A DNA stretch of 64,000 nt from Candidatus Heimdallarchaeota archaeon (lineage in GTDB: Archaea; Asgardarchaeota; Heimdallarchaeia; Heimdallarchaeales; Heimdallarchaeaceae). Each line of letters begins with the position of its first letter. Within the stretch, counting starts at the first letter, position 1. The stretch covers positions 32,001 to 96,000 of the forward strand of contig JAEOSZ010000066.1 of NCBI GenBank assembly GCA_016840095.1, in the 5' to 3' direction. Positions 1 to 8,916 of this stretch are shown piece after piece. The notes under the pieces are model-generated. The model ran no database searches, had not been told where the DNA came from, and saw only the letters and a program-made list of their open reading frames with translations. The position numbers were made by a program, and so were the translations under genes.

Positions 1-387
1 TTTGAAGATCATACCTATGATTTAACCAATATTCAACAAATTGAAGAAAAAGAGGATACATTTGATCAGCAACTTGGATCTGTACCAAAAAGACTCTGGA
101 AAGGACCGTTTAGTGGTGGAATACTGTACAAAACAATGGATGATTTAGAATCTCTAAAAGAGAAAAATCTTTCTGAAAATCAGATATCAGATATTCAAGA
201 TTTTTCCAAAATAATGATGTCAAATTATGGAGGTTTAATGTTCGACATTATAAACATGATTGATGATAAAAGAAGTATTCTCGAAATTGCACTAAAATCA
301 TGTTTGATTGAATGGAAGATTATTAATCCAAGAGTAATTGGTAGTTTCTTTGAATTACTTAGGAATCTTGAACTAGTGGAATATTAA
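1..387 (+). CDS. C-terminal part of a protein truncated by the window edge, possibly a DUF4910/M28 aminopeptidase-like protein with a C-terminal winged helix
   Basis: Frame 1 is open from base 1 (FEDHTYDL...). VPKRLWKGP and DIINMIDDKRSILEIA resemble the C-terminal region of that family. Confidence 0.5.
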   Translation, partial: FEDHTYDLTNIQQIEEKEDTFDQQLGSVPKRLWKGPFSGGILYKTMDDLESLKEKNLSENQISDIQDFSKIMMSNYGGLMFDIINMIDDKRSILEIALKSCLIEWKIINPRVIGSFFELLRNLELVEY

Positions 388-515
388 CTGAACATATATA
401 ATGAAGTTACTATCTTCTGAACTGAAAATTAAGTTCAATAAAATCTGTTTTGGAACTTCCTACCTTTAGCAATGTTTTTTTATACATTAAAACAAAAGTT
501 ACTTGTAGATTTAAA

Positions 516-1376
516 ATGGCAAAAGATGAAGTAAAATCCTTGGTGAATTCTGTTAATATGGTAAAAAACATGGTTGAAAGCATCGTTTCAGCTGTTCAAG
601 AAAGATTCAAAGATTATGATAACGTTGTTGTGTCATTAAAAGAAAGGATTGAGAATTTAGAAAACAAAATCACTGCATTAGAACAAGGAGGAACTCCTGT
701 TGGAGCAACAGTTACTCCAGATCTATCACATTTAGGTAAAAGGATAGATGGTCTTAATGAAAGGATTTTGTTAATCGAAGCAACTAGAAGTGTTCAACAA
801 GATCCTGCAGTTGAACCAGCAGATGTTCAGACCTTTAAAGAAATTGCAGAAAAAGAGACAAAGCCAGAACCTGTTGCTGAAATGCCAACAGCACCTTCAG
901 CTCCAGCACCAGTACCTGATGTCATCGCCACAGAACCAGAGCCTGTTGAGGAAAAACAATTTGTTCCTCCAACTGTCGAGGCTCCTTCTATACCAACACC
1001 AACACCACCACCTGCAATTCGTAGTACTGCACCTGAACCTGAAGTAATACCTGAAATTCCAGTAGTTGAAGAAGCTCCAGCTCAACCTGATATTCCAGCT
1101 CCATCCGCATTTCCTAAACCTGCAACTCAAGTTACAGAACCTGCAGAGAGAGATGTCAGCCCAATATCCAGAGAAGTTTCTGGAAGTATTCCTGCACCAC
1201 CCTCTCAAGTTGAAGAATCAACTCATCAACCACAAGCAGTTCAACCTCCTGTACCAAAAGTAGATGATGATGCTGCAGCTCCAGAAGAGAAAAAATCAGC
1301 AGAATTATTCGGTGAGGCTGTCAGTGGAGATAAAGCTGAACTTCTGAAAGCTCTTAAGAAATTGGAAGATCTGTAA
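516..1376 (+). CDS. Coiled-coil plus proline-rich protein with PTAP/PSAP motifs and a C-terminal amphipathic helix
   Basis: ATG at 516 (MAKDEVK) preferred over TTG at 450. N-terminal heptads, a long P/E/A-rich region containing MPTAPSAP, and the terminus DKAELLKALKKLEDL. Confidence 0.8.
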   Translation: MAKDEVKSLVNSVNMVKNMVESIVSAVQERFKDYDNVVVSLKERIENLENKITALEQGGTPVGATVTPDLSHLGKRIDGLNERILLIEATRSVQQDPAVEPADVQTFKEIAEKETKPEPVAEMPTAPSAPAPVPDVIATEPEPVEEKQFVPPTVEAPSIPTPTPPPAIRSTAPEPEVIPEIPVVEEAPAQPDIPAPSAFPKPATQVTEPAERDVSPISREVSGSIPAPPSQVEESTHQPQAVQPPVPKVDDDAAAPEEKKSAELFGEAVSGDKAELLKALKKLEDL

Positions 1377-1423
1377 TAATTGTCTATAGTAAATTTCATA
1401 TAGCAATTACAGATTTTTGCTTA

Positions 1424-2482
1424 ATGGCAACTGTAACACCAGTAGTTATTTACATATTATCTTTTTTTATTCCCTTTATTATAACGTTGGCAGGATTACC
1501 TCTACATATAAAAATAATGCAAAGAAGAGGAATCGTTGGGGTGGATATTCACAAAAAAGAAAAACCTAAGGTTGCAGAAAGAGGAGGAATTGTAATATTA
1601 GTTTCTATAATTCTATCTTCAGTTCTGATGATTATCCTAGTTGATGATAATGAACTAAGATTATCTATAGGTATATTTTGTATTACTGTTACAATTGCTG
1701 GTGTGATAGGTTTAATTGACGATATAGTAAATCTGAGTGCTATTCTAAAACCATTTTTACTTCTTTTTGCTTCAATTCCAATATTTGCATCTAAAAGATA
1801 TACGCCGGAACCAATCCTACCATTTATAGGTAAAACAAGACTGAATATAGCCTATCTTATACTATTGCCTTTCGTAGTTGCTGTTCCAGCAAACTCAGTT
1901 AATATGTTAGATGTATTCAATGGGACTATGGCAGCAACCACAATTATAGTGTTAATCGCAGTTGTCTTCTCCAATTTAATCGTCTTTGGTAATGGTTTAG
2001 ATCCACTTAATGATGCTGGGCTATCAGAATCAGGATTAACCTATATTTTCATCCTAATCATGATTGGTACAGTATTTGCATTTTGGATATTCAATCGTTA
2101 TCCTGCTAAAGTTTTTGGGGGAGATACAGGGAGTCTAGCCATCGGAGGAGCTTTGGGAGCTATTGCAGTTATGGGGAGATTGGAAGTAGTTGTTATCATT
2201 GCTATGATACCTTTCATTATGAATGCATTTGGAATAATTAGTAGTGTTAAAGGTTTATTAGAAAGAAGAGAGATGGCAAGACCAACAAAGATGACAGAAG
2301 ATTGGAAAATTGAATCAACTAGAGATAAAAAGGCACCAATAACTCTAGTAGGGTTAGTTATTCAAAACGGCCCTCTTCATGAGAAAGAAGTCGTTAAAAC
2401 ATTCAATATCCTAACCATAATCAGTGGTATTCTTGCTATAGTTATTGCAGTTTTAACTAATCTATCGGGGGTAGTAACATGA
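1424..2482 (+). CDS. aglH: UDP-GlcNAc:dolichol-phosphate GlcNAc-1-phosphotransferase (AglH/Alg7, MraY superfamily)
   Basis: Multi-TM protein with GVDIHK...VAERGG, GLIDD, NSVNMLDVFNG and NRYPAKVFGGDTG motifs. Confidence 0.88.
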   Translation: MATVTPVVIYILSFFIPFIITLAGLPLHIKIMQRRGIVGVDIHKKEKPKVAERGGIVILVSIILSSVLMIILVDDNELRLSIGIFCITVTIAGVIGLIDDIVNLSAILKPFLLLFASIPIFASKRYTPEPILPFIGKTRLNIAYLILLPFVVAVPANSVNMLDVFNGTMAATTIIVLIAVVFSNLIVFGNGLDPLNDAGLSESGLTYIFILIMIGTVFAFWIFNRYPAKVFGGDTGSLAIGGALGAIAVMGRLEVVVIIAMIPFIMNAFGIISSVKGLLERREMARPTKMTEDWKIESTRDKKAPITLVGLVIQNGPLHEKEVVKTFNILTIISGILAIVIAVLTNLSGVVT

Positions 2483-2808
2483 ATATCTTACACACTACAT
2501 CAAAATTCATAAAGAACATTGGATCAGGATTGAAGGATTATTTCAAGCTTACACCAAGACTTGCAAAGTTAATTGGTTTAGAAATCTTTGTTTTTGGTGC
2601 ATTTGTAGGCATTTGTGTAGTAATCAGTGAGGGTGTAATGAAAATACCTGATTCTCCACAGCCAGGATTAAACTTCCTATTTGCTGCATTGAAAGTAGGT
2701 ATTAGTCTTCTTCTAATTGGTTTATGGTTAGGAGCTTGGTACTATATAACAAAAAGACTAATGAAAAATGATAGTAAAGAAGATAAGGAAAAAGAAGAAA
2801 ATAATTGA
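2479..2808 (+). CDS. Small two-TM membrane protein
   Basis: ATGA overlap with aglH, two hydrophobic segments and a charged tail. Confidence 0.7.
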   Translation: MNILHTTSKFIKNIGSGLKDYFKLTPRLAKLIGLEIFVFGAFVGICVVISEGVMKIPDSPQPGLNFLFAALKVGISLLLIGLWLGAWYYITKRLMKNDSKEDKEKEENN

Positions 2809-2810
2809 AA

Positions 2811-3476
2811 CTATATTTTAGTCTCTAAGAGATACAATCTCTTCTTCAAATTATAGAACCTTTTAGCAAATTCTAAACTAGAGATATCATAGTCCTCAAA
2901 TTGTTGTTCTATAGCAAAAAGCTCACTTTCAACATTCAAAATTTCATCTTCAAGATGCTTTTGTTTTTCTTGTTGTAAAGTTCTATTTGTCAACTGTTGG
3001 GTTTGTTTGTTCTTGATTTCATTCAAGATTTTTTTCTTGTCTTCAAGAATTATAGCCAACTGCTCTTTTTGAGAGATTATAGGAGTAAGTTGTTCTTGAG
3101 AATCAACTGTTTCTATCTCTTTTTCTACACATCTTGCTGGAACTTTTTGGAATAGTCTTAATAATTCTACAATTACTTGGAATAAATGATAACTGTCTCT
3201 CCAACGAGCTAGCATTCTCATTTCGAGAACACCATCAGGTGTCATATTTGGATGGGTGATTGGACTGAGAATCTGAACAACAGGAGGAAATTCAGGAAAA
3301 TTCTCTGGTAATTTTATTTCGACATCAACGAATATTTCTCCTTCATTTGTAATTACTGGAACAAATCCCTTCCAAGTTGTTAAATCACCATCTTTCGGCT
3401 CGAAAGCATAAGCTCTCTCCATTACAAGACTATATTCTTTTGCTAGGACACTATCTGGAACAGGCATAATATACAC
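2811..3476 (-). CDS. ESCRT-I Vps23/TSG101-like protein (UEV domain, coiled coil, steadiness-box-like core)
   Basis: UBC-fold motifs LPENFPEFPP and HPNMTPDG; the catalytic Cys is absent (GVLEM instead of GxICL). Coiled coil followed by the SB/Mod(r)-like tail FEDYDISSLEFAKRFYNLKKR. Confidence 0.8.
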   Translation of the reverse strand: MYIMPVPDSVLAKEYSLVMERAYAFEPKDGDLTTWKGFVPVITNEGEIFVDVEIKLPENFPEFPPVVQILSPITHPNMTPDGVLEMRMLARWRDSYHLFQVIVELLRLFQKVPARCVEKEIETVDSQEQLTPIISQKEQLAIILEDKKKILNEIKNKQTQQLTNRTLQQEKQKHLEDEILNVESELFAIEQQFEDYDISSLEFAKRFYNLKKRLYLLETKI

Positions 3477-3584
3477 CTTACTTTCGATATTCTATTTCAC
3501 AAGGACTTATTTATAGATTCGCTTTCAAATCTTAACCTATAACTCAACTCTAAATTTTTAAATCAACTATTCAGTTTACTCCTA

Positions 3585-5447
3585 ATGACTCGAGTAGCTG
3601 TGATAAATCAAGATAAATGCAGACCAGATAAATGCGGTCAATTGTGTTACAAAGTTTGTCCTTCTGTTAGAGCTGGAAGAGAAACGATAACTTTTGATCC
3701 TCCAAGTAATAAAGCTGTTATCCATGAACCTCTTTGCTCTGGTGTCGCAATCTGTGTGAAGAAATGCCCATTTCATTGTATAACCGTTGTTAATCTTCCA
3801 GAAGAACTGGATAAAGAAGTTACACATAGATATGGGATAAATGGATTTAAATTACATAGATTACCTATGCCAAAAGTGGGCCAAGTAACAGGTCTAGTTG
3901 GGCAGAATGGATCAGGTAAAAGTACTACATTAAATATCTTACAAGGAGCTTTCAAACCAAATCTGGGAAGATTTGAAGAACCACCTGAATGGGATGAAAT
4001 CGTAGAAAATTATAGAGGAACTGAAGCTCAATCATATTTTGAAAAACTTGCAAATGAAGAGCTTAAAATTATCTTGAAACCACAGAATGTAGATAAATTA
4101 CCCAGAGTCATAAAAGGTAACGTTTCCGAATTAATTTCCAAAGTTGATGAACGAGGATTAAAAGATGAAGTCAAAGAGATATTCTCCCTATCTAAAGTCT
4201 GGGATAGAGATATATCAAAATTAAGTGGGGGGGAACTACAAAGATTAGCAATTGCAGCATCTGTAGTAAGAGAAGCAGATGTTTACCTTTTTGATGAACC
4301 AACTTCGTACTTAGATGTTCAAGAAAGAGTTAAAATTGCACAATACATTAATGAGATGAAATCTCCTAACCATACTCTTATTGTAGTTGAACACGATCTA
4401 GCTATGTTAGATTATCTTAGTGATCATGTTCACATGTATTATGGTCAAGCTGGAGCATATGGTATCGTAAGTCATCCCTATTCTGTTAGGGAAGGGATAA
4501 ATATTTTTCTGGATGGATATATTCCATCAGAAAATATGCGTTTCAGACCTGAACCTATAATATTCAAAAAAGCAAGTCTTGAAGAAAAAATTACTTCGTC
4601 TAGGTTAGCATTAAGATATGGAGATATGACTAAAAAGTTTGATTCATTTGAGTTATCAGTTAAGGGAGGAGAATTATACAAAGGAGAAGTAGTTGGCATC
4701 ATTGGACCCAATGGAATTGGTAAAACAACCTTCGTAAAAATGCTTGCAGGAATTCTTGAACCAACTACAATATCTGAACCTACAGAACTACTAGCTCAGA
4801 TGACAACAAGAGACACAGAAGCAACTAATCTGCAAGAGAACAATGAAAAAGCCACAATACATGAGAAATTGATTGTGAGTCATAAACCTCAATATCTCTA
4901 TACTGAGTCTGAACAAACAGTTCTGGATTATCTGAGAGAAATAAACCCTGTAATGCTAACAAGTGGCTGGCACAAATCAGAAATAATTGAGCCTTTAAAA
5001 TTTTCAAAACTCCTAGATTCTAGGCTCTGTAACTTATCTGGAGGGGAGCTTCAAAAAGTCTCTATAGCTGCGTGTTTGGGTAGAAAAGCGCATTTGTATC
5101 TTTTAGATGAGCCTTCAGCTTACATTTCATCAGAAGATAGAGTTAATGTAGCAAAAGTAATCAAAAGAGTAGTATCACACTATGAATTTCCAGCTATTGT
5201 TGTAGAGCATGATGTAATGATGCTTAACTTTACTTCTGATAGACTTATGGTCTTTGATGGTATTCCAGGTGAAAAAGGATCAAGTAAAAGAATCGGTACC
5301 ATACAACATGGCATGAATACTTTCTTGCGAAAAATGGATATAACATTCAGACAAGATCCACGGACACTTCGTCCAAGAGTAAACAAAAAAAACTCCCAAC
5401 TAGATAAGAAACAAAAATCTGAAGGAAACTATTTTGTAACAGCTTAA
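3585..5447 (+). CDS. rli: Ribosome recycling ATPase ABCE1/Rli1
   Basis: N-terminal Fe-S domain, HRYGINGFKL, two NBDs (GQNGSGKS, GPNGIGKT, LSGGELQ twice) and C-terminal RPRVNK...DK.QK. Confidence 0.97.
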   Translation: MTRVAVINQDKCRPDKCGQLCYKVCPSVRAGRETITFDPPSNKAVIHEPLCSGVAICVKKCPFHCITVVNLPEELDKEVTHRYGINGFKLHRLPMPKVGQVTGLVGQNGSGKSTTLNILQGAFKPNLGRFEEPPEWDEIVENYRGTEAQSYFEKLANEELKIILKPQNVDKLPRVIKGNVSELISKVDERGLKDEVKEIFSLSKVWDRDISKLSGGELQRLAIAASVVREADVYLFDEPTSYLDVQERVKIAQYINEMKSPNHTLIVVEHDLAMLDYLSDHVHMYYGQAGAYGIVSHPYSVREGINIFLDGYIPSENMRFRPEPIIFKKASLEEKITSSRLALRYGDMTKKFDSFELSVKGGELYKGEVVGIIGPNGIGKTTFVKMLAGILEPTTISEPTELLAQMTTRDTEATNLQENNEKATIHEKLIVSHKPQYLYTESEQTVLDYLREINPVMLTSGWHKSEIIEPLKFSKLLDSRLCNLSGGELQKVSIAACLGRKAHLYLLDEPSAYISSEDRVNVAKVIKRVVSHYEFPAIVVEHDVMMLNFTSDRLMVFDGIPGEKGSSKRIGTIQHGMNTFLRKMDITFRQDPRTLRPRVNKKNSQLDKKQKSEGNYFVTA

Positions 5448-6340
5448 TTTTTAGTTTTTACTTCCACTGCAATTTCCATTTCCTTTTTCTCAGTTTTCTT
5501 TTGTTCAGTTCTATTGATATTAGTTATCCTTGCTTTGTAAATTTGTTCTGCAATTTGTAAGGTAATTTTCTCTTTCAGAAATCTAAACTTCTCAGTAATC
5601 CAAATAAGAGGAATGAATGATTTAGGTTGAATCAAATTGTACTTTGGCTTAACAATAAGTTTTGCAATTTTTTCAGCCAGTTTATTAACAGAACTTCCAT
5701 TTACAACATTATCATTTAAACCAGATATTTTGTTGAACTCTGTGTCATATGGTCCAGGTAAAACAGTTGATACAGATATTCCATAATTCCTAAGCTCTTG
5801 TCTTATACTATCTCCAAACACTTTTACTGCAGATTTTGTTGCACAATAAACAGCAAAAGGATAGACAGGGAGCATTGCTAGAGATGAGGATATGTTAATT
5901 ATACATCCTTCTCCTTGTTCTTTCATAATTGGTACAATTGCGTGTGTCATTTTAATTAGAGAGAGAACATTTGTCTCAATTAATTGATCAATTTCCTCTT
6001 CAGGTTGGTTCAGAAATAGATTTGCTTTTCCCAATCCAGCGTTATTAATAAGTACATCAATCCTACCATATGTTCTCAAAGTTGAATCAATTATTCTCTC
6101 TCGGTCTTCTCTATCTCTAATATCGCTGACAACAGGTAAAACCTTTACTTTCTGTTTTTTTAACAAACTAGCAGTGTGGTACAATTTTCTCTTTCTTCTT
6201 GCTGTAAGAACAAGTTTTGGCTTGTATTTAACTAGAGCAAGAGCAACTGCTTTTCCTATTCCTGAAGAAGCTCCAGTAATAATGATGACTTTACCTTCAT
6301 CAAAAAAAGCATTATTTGAGTAATGAGCTTTTCTTTGCAT
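5444..6340 (-). CDS. Short-chain dehydrogenase/reductase
   Basis: TGASSGIG, NNAG, catalytic S and YCATK. Confidence 0.93.
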   Translation of the reverse strand: MQRKAHYSNNAFFDEGKVIIITGASSGIGKAVALALVKYKPKLVLTARRKRKLYHTASLLKKQKVKVLPVVSDIRDREDRERIIDSTLRTYGRIDVLINNAGLGKANLFLNQPEEEIDQLIETNVLSLIKMTHAIVPIMKEQGEGCIINISSSLAMLPVYPFAVYCATKSAVKVFGDSIRQELRNYGISVSTVLPGPYDTEFNKISGLNDNVVNGSSVNKLAEKIAKLIVKPKYNLIQPKSFIPLIWITEKFRFLKEKITLQIAEQIYKARITNINRTEQKKTEKKEMEIAVEVKTKN

Positions 6341-6405
6341 ACTATCAGAAATTCTTCTAAATTATCTTATAAAAACTCAAAAAAAGAAAGAAAAAGAAAT
6401 CGACA

Positions 6406-6843
6406 TTATTTTTCCTTTAGATGTTCAAACCATTCAGGCAATTTTATGCTTTCTTTGGAGACACTATCTCCTGGTAGATATGGTTTGATATCCAATACTG
6501 GTGTTCCATCTAGAGCATCAATTCTATCAATGTAAAGTCTGTTATTTTCAACCTTTAGTAACTTGACCTTAGTTAGACCTATGGGGTTTGGTCGTGTTGG
6601 ACTTCTAGAGGAGAAAACACCTGTTTCTATAGAGACTTCTAACCTTGGAGGAGTAGCTAGCATTTGAGATCTATCTTGAGGATTATCTCTCATTGATATC
6701 CACCATAATACGAAAATATGACTAAATTGATCGATATGACGTAATCCAGTAGTGTAAAGTTGTGATAATTCAATATAGCAAGCTTCCTGTTCTATTCTTA
6801 CTATACCAATCTGATGAATTCCAAAAGATGACATTATAATCAA
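6406..6843 (-). CDS. trmO: tRNA m6t6A37 methyltransferase TrmO (TsaA/YaeB) family
   Basis: GVFSSRSPTRPNPIGL and DALDGTPVLDIKPY signature motifs. Confidence 0.9.
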   Translation of the reverse strand: MIIMSSFGIHQIGIVRIEQEACYIELSQLYTTGLRHIDQFSHIFVLWWISMRDNPQDRSQMLATPPRLEVSIETGVFSSRSPTRPNPIGLTKVKLLKVENNRLYIDRIDALDGTPVLDIKPYLPGDSVSKESIKLPEWFEHLKEK

Positions 6844-6904
6844 ACACCAATAATCTAATCATCTTTTGAATTTTTCTTTATCACTTATTTCCTCAATAAC
6901 TGAA

Positions 6905-7588
6905 TTACTCAAAGAAATAGTCTAGGGTGTGTTTTTCTTTTCTTTGTTCAACAACTTTCTCATAAAATTCCTTTTCAATCTTCATATTCGCTTTTTCTAA
7001 AGCATATTTGGGAATGAATTTACGAAAGAGTTTAACATTCAATCTTTGTTCAAGAAATTGAGTTTCATAATACTTTTCCCAAAGGAAATCCCCATCTTCT
7101 ATAAAAGCATCAGTGGGAAAACCATCGGTAATTGAATGCTTTGCGAAATCTCTAACTTGTTCAACAATTGTTTTTTTAGAACTTCCTTTGAACTGAGGAA
7201 ACTCAGAAAGGTCTTTTCTATTAGTTACTACAGAAAAGGAGCTATTACTGAAAACAACAATGATGAATCTATCAAATCTTTTAGCTAGTGATTTAGCAAT
7301 TAAATTACAGGTATCGTGTTCAGGATTGTATTCTCCTACAAGAACCATCTCAGGAAATGGTTTAAGCCTCATATATGCTGACAGAAGATGTACTTCTCTA
7401 AGGACAGCATTGCCTCTCTTTTTAATCATATTTCCTAATTTTGAGCATCCTGTAGTTATTTCAAAAGGTTTAGACTCTAACAAAACTTCTGCCCCTGAAA
7501 TAAAATCTTTAGTCGAATCTTTGTGATATTTTGCAGCATTAAAGTACTCTTCAGCAGATAAACTACAAAAAAACAAGTCTCTAAGCAC
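6905..7588 (-). CDS. DUF4130 / TIGR03915-like putative DNA metabolism protein
   Basis: VLREVH...YMRL, YNPEHD, LWEKYYET...RLN.KL...FIPKY. Overlaps the partner radical SAM gene. Confidence 0.8.
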   Translation of the reverse strand: MLRDLFFCSLSAEEYFNAAKYHKDSTKDFISGAEVLLESKPFEITTGCSKLGNMIKKRGNAVLREVHLLSAYMRLKPFPEMVLVGEYNPEHDTCNLIAKSLAKRFDRFIIVVFSNSSFSVVTNRKDLSEFPQFKGSSKKTIVEQVRDFAKHSITDGFPTDAFIEDGDFLWEKYYETQFLEQRLNVKLFRKFIPKYALEKANMKIEKEFYEKVVEQRKEKHTLDYFFE

Positions 7589-8756
7589 CTCCTTTAGGAA
7601 TTTTAAAAGTATCCAATGTTAGTTGAGTTTTCGAGCCAATCTTTAGAAAAGGTAGAGCTCTCTTCAAGACAATACCTATTGATTTAAGTTGCTGATTTTT
7701 AGTTAGTTTTACTCCCTGTTGTTGTAATTTTAATACTCTCATTGCAGAAGTATGACCTATACCTGGAACTCTCATAAGTTCATCGTAAGTTGCACAATTA
7801 ATATCTACAGGGAAAAGTTCTGTGTTCATCCTAGCTAAGGTCACTTTCGGATCCATCTTGAGAGGGATAAATCCATTATCATTTACAACATTCAAAAGTT
7901 CTTCTGGAGAATATTTGTAGATTCTTCTGAGCCAATCTATCTGGTATAACCTATGTTCTCTTAAGAAAAAAGTTCTAGGAAAACTTTTACTCTTCTCTTC
8001 TAAAGGAAGACAAGTTGAGTAGTATTGTCTTCTAAAATTCCAATCGTCGGTATAGAAATCGAAAACATTGTCCAAAATCTCTTTGTCTGTTTCTTCAGCT
8101 GCTCCAATTACATACTGAGTAGTGTAACCAGCTGGAATTTCTCCTTTTTCTCTCATTTCTGGGAGATATCTTGTTACTTTGATGATGTCGGAGTAAAAAT
8201 CCTTAGTTGAGCAAGTTTCACTGAATCGGGATTTATTAGGTAATTCCACATTGATACTAACACGATCAGCTAATTCACCTATTCTAAGAAGTTCATCTTT
8301 CCCAATACCTGGAAGAACCTTTGCATGTACATAACCATCAAACTTGTACTTATTACGTAAAACAAGGAGAGTTTCATGAATTTTCTCAGCTTGACAATTT
8401 GCGCTTTTTCCAACTCCAGAACTTAGAAACAATCCTTCAATATAATTTCGTAGATAAAAACCAATAGTTAGTCTTGCCAGTTCATCAGGTTTAAAAGAAG
8501 TAATTGAATGCTTGAACTGCTTTCTGTTCTTCGTAGAATTGATACAATAAGCACAATCATGTATGCACTGATTTGTAAACAAAACTTTGAGCAAACTAAT
8601 GCAACGACCATCTGGGAGAAACGAGTGACATATACCTGTCGATACTGCCTTGCCAATTGATCCTGGAGTATGTGCTCTGGGGGACGCTGTAGATGCACAT
8701 AAGTCATACTTTGCAGCTTCACCTAAGATACGTAATTTTTCCAAAACACTCGGCAA
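7581..8756 (-). CDS. Putative DNA modification/repair radical SAM protein (TIGR03916-like) with HhH motif
   Basis: KL.IL.EAAKYD, GICHSF.PDGRCISLLK, CIHDCAYC, NYIEGLFLSSG, REHRLYQ.DWL.R.Y and LMRVPGIG. Confidence 0.92.
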   Translation of the reverse strand: MPSVLEKLRILGEAAKYDLCASTASPRAHTPGSIGKAVSTGICHSFLPDGRCISLLKVLFTNQCIHDCAYCINSTKNRKQFKHSITSFKPDELARLTIGFYLRNYIEGLFLSSGVGKSANCQAEKIHETLLVLRNKYKFDGYVHAKVLPGIGKDELLRIGELADRVSINVELPNKSRFSETCSTKDFYSDIIKVTRYLPEMREKGEIPAGYTTQYVIGAAEETDKEILDNVFDFYTDDWNFRRQYYSTCLPLEEKSKSFPRTFFLREHRLYQIDWLRRIYKYSPEELLNVVNDNGFIPLKMDPKVTLARMNTELFPVDINCATYDELMRVPGIGHTSAMRVLKLQQQGVKLTKNQQLKSIGIVLKRALPFLKIGSKTQLTLDTFKIPKGGA

Positions 8757-8865
8757 TTTTACTCATAAATAATTAGACTTTCAATATAAAAACCCCCAAA
8801 AAGAGTAACTTGGAGAAATAATAAAGAAAATCTTCAAAATCACAACTTTTAAAACTAATTCTTTG

Positions 8866-8911
8866 TTTGGGAACATACCGACGAGATGTCCACCCGGGAA
8901 TCGTTAGGTGA
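8866..8911 (+). promoter_or_regulatory. Candidate structured 5' leader of rpl15e
   Basis: GC-rich patch; stem GACGA (8880-8884) pairs with TCGTT (8901-8905), directly before the SD-like AGGTGA. Confidence 0.35.
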
Positions 8912-8916
8912 TAATT

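Noticed and set aside
790-1263. Alternative-frame and antisense ORFs inside the Pro-rich gene (790-1047, 897-1208, 1066-1263)
   Set aside because: Shadows of repetitive CCA/CCT/GAA codons; no independent coding signal.
2811-3476. Active E2 ubiquitin-conjugating enzyme
   Set aside because: There is no Cys at the catalytic position after HPN, and the coiled-coil/SB tail fits UEV-Vps23.
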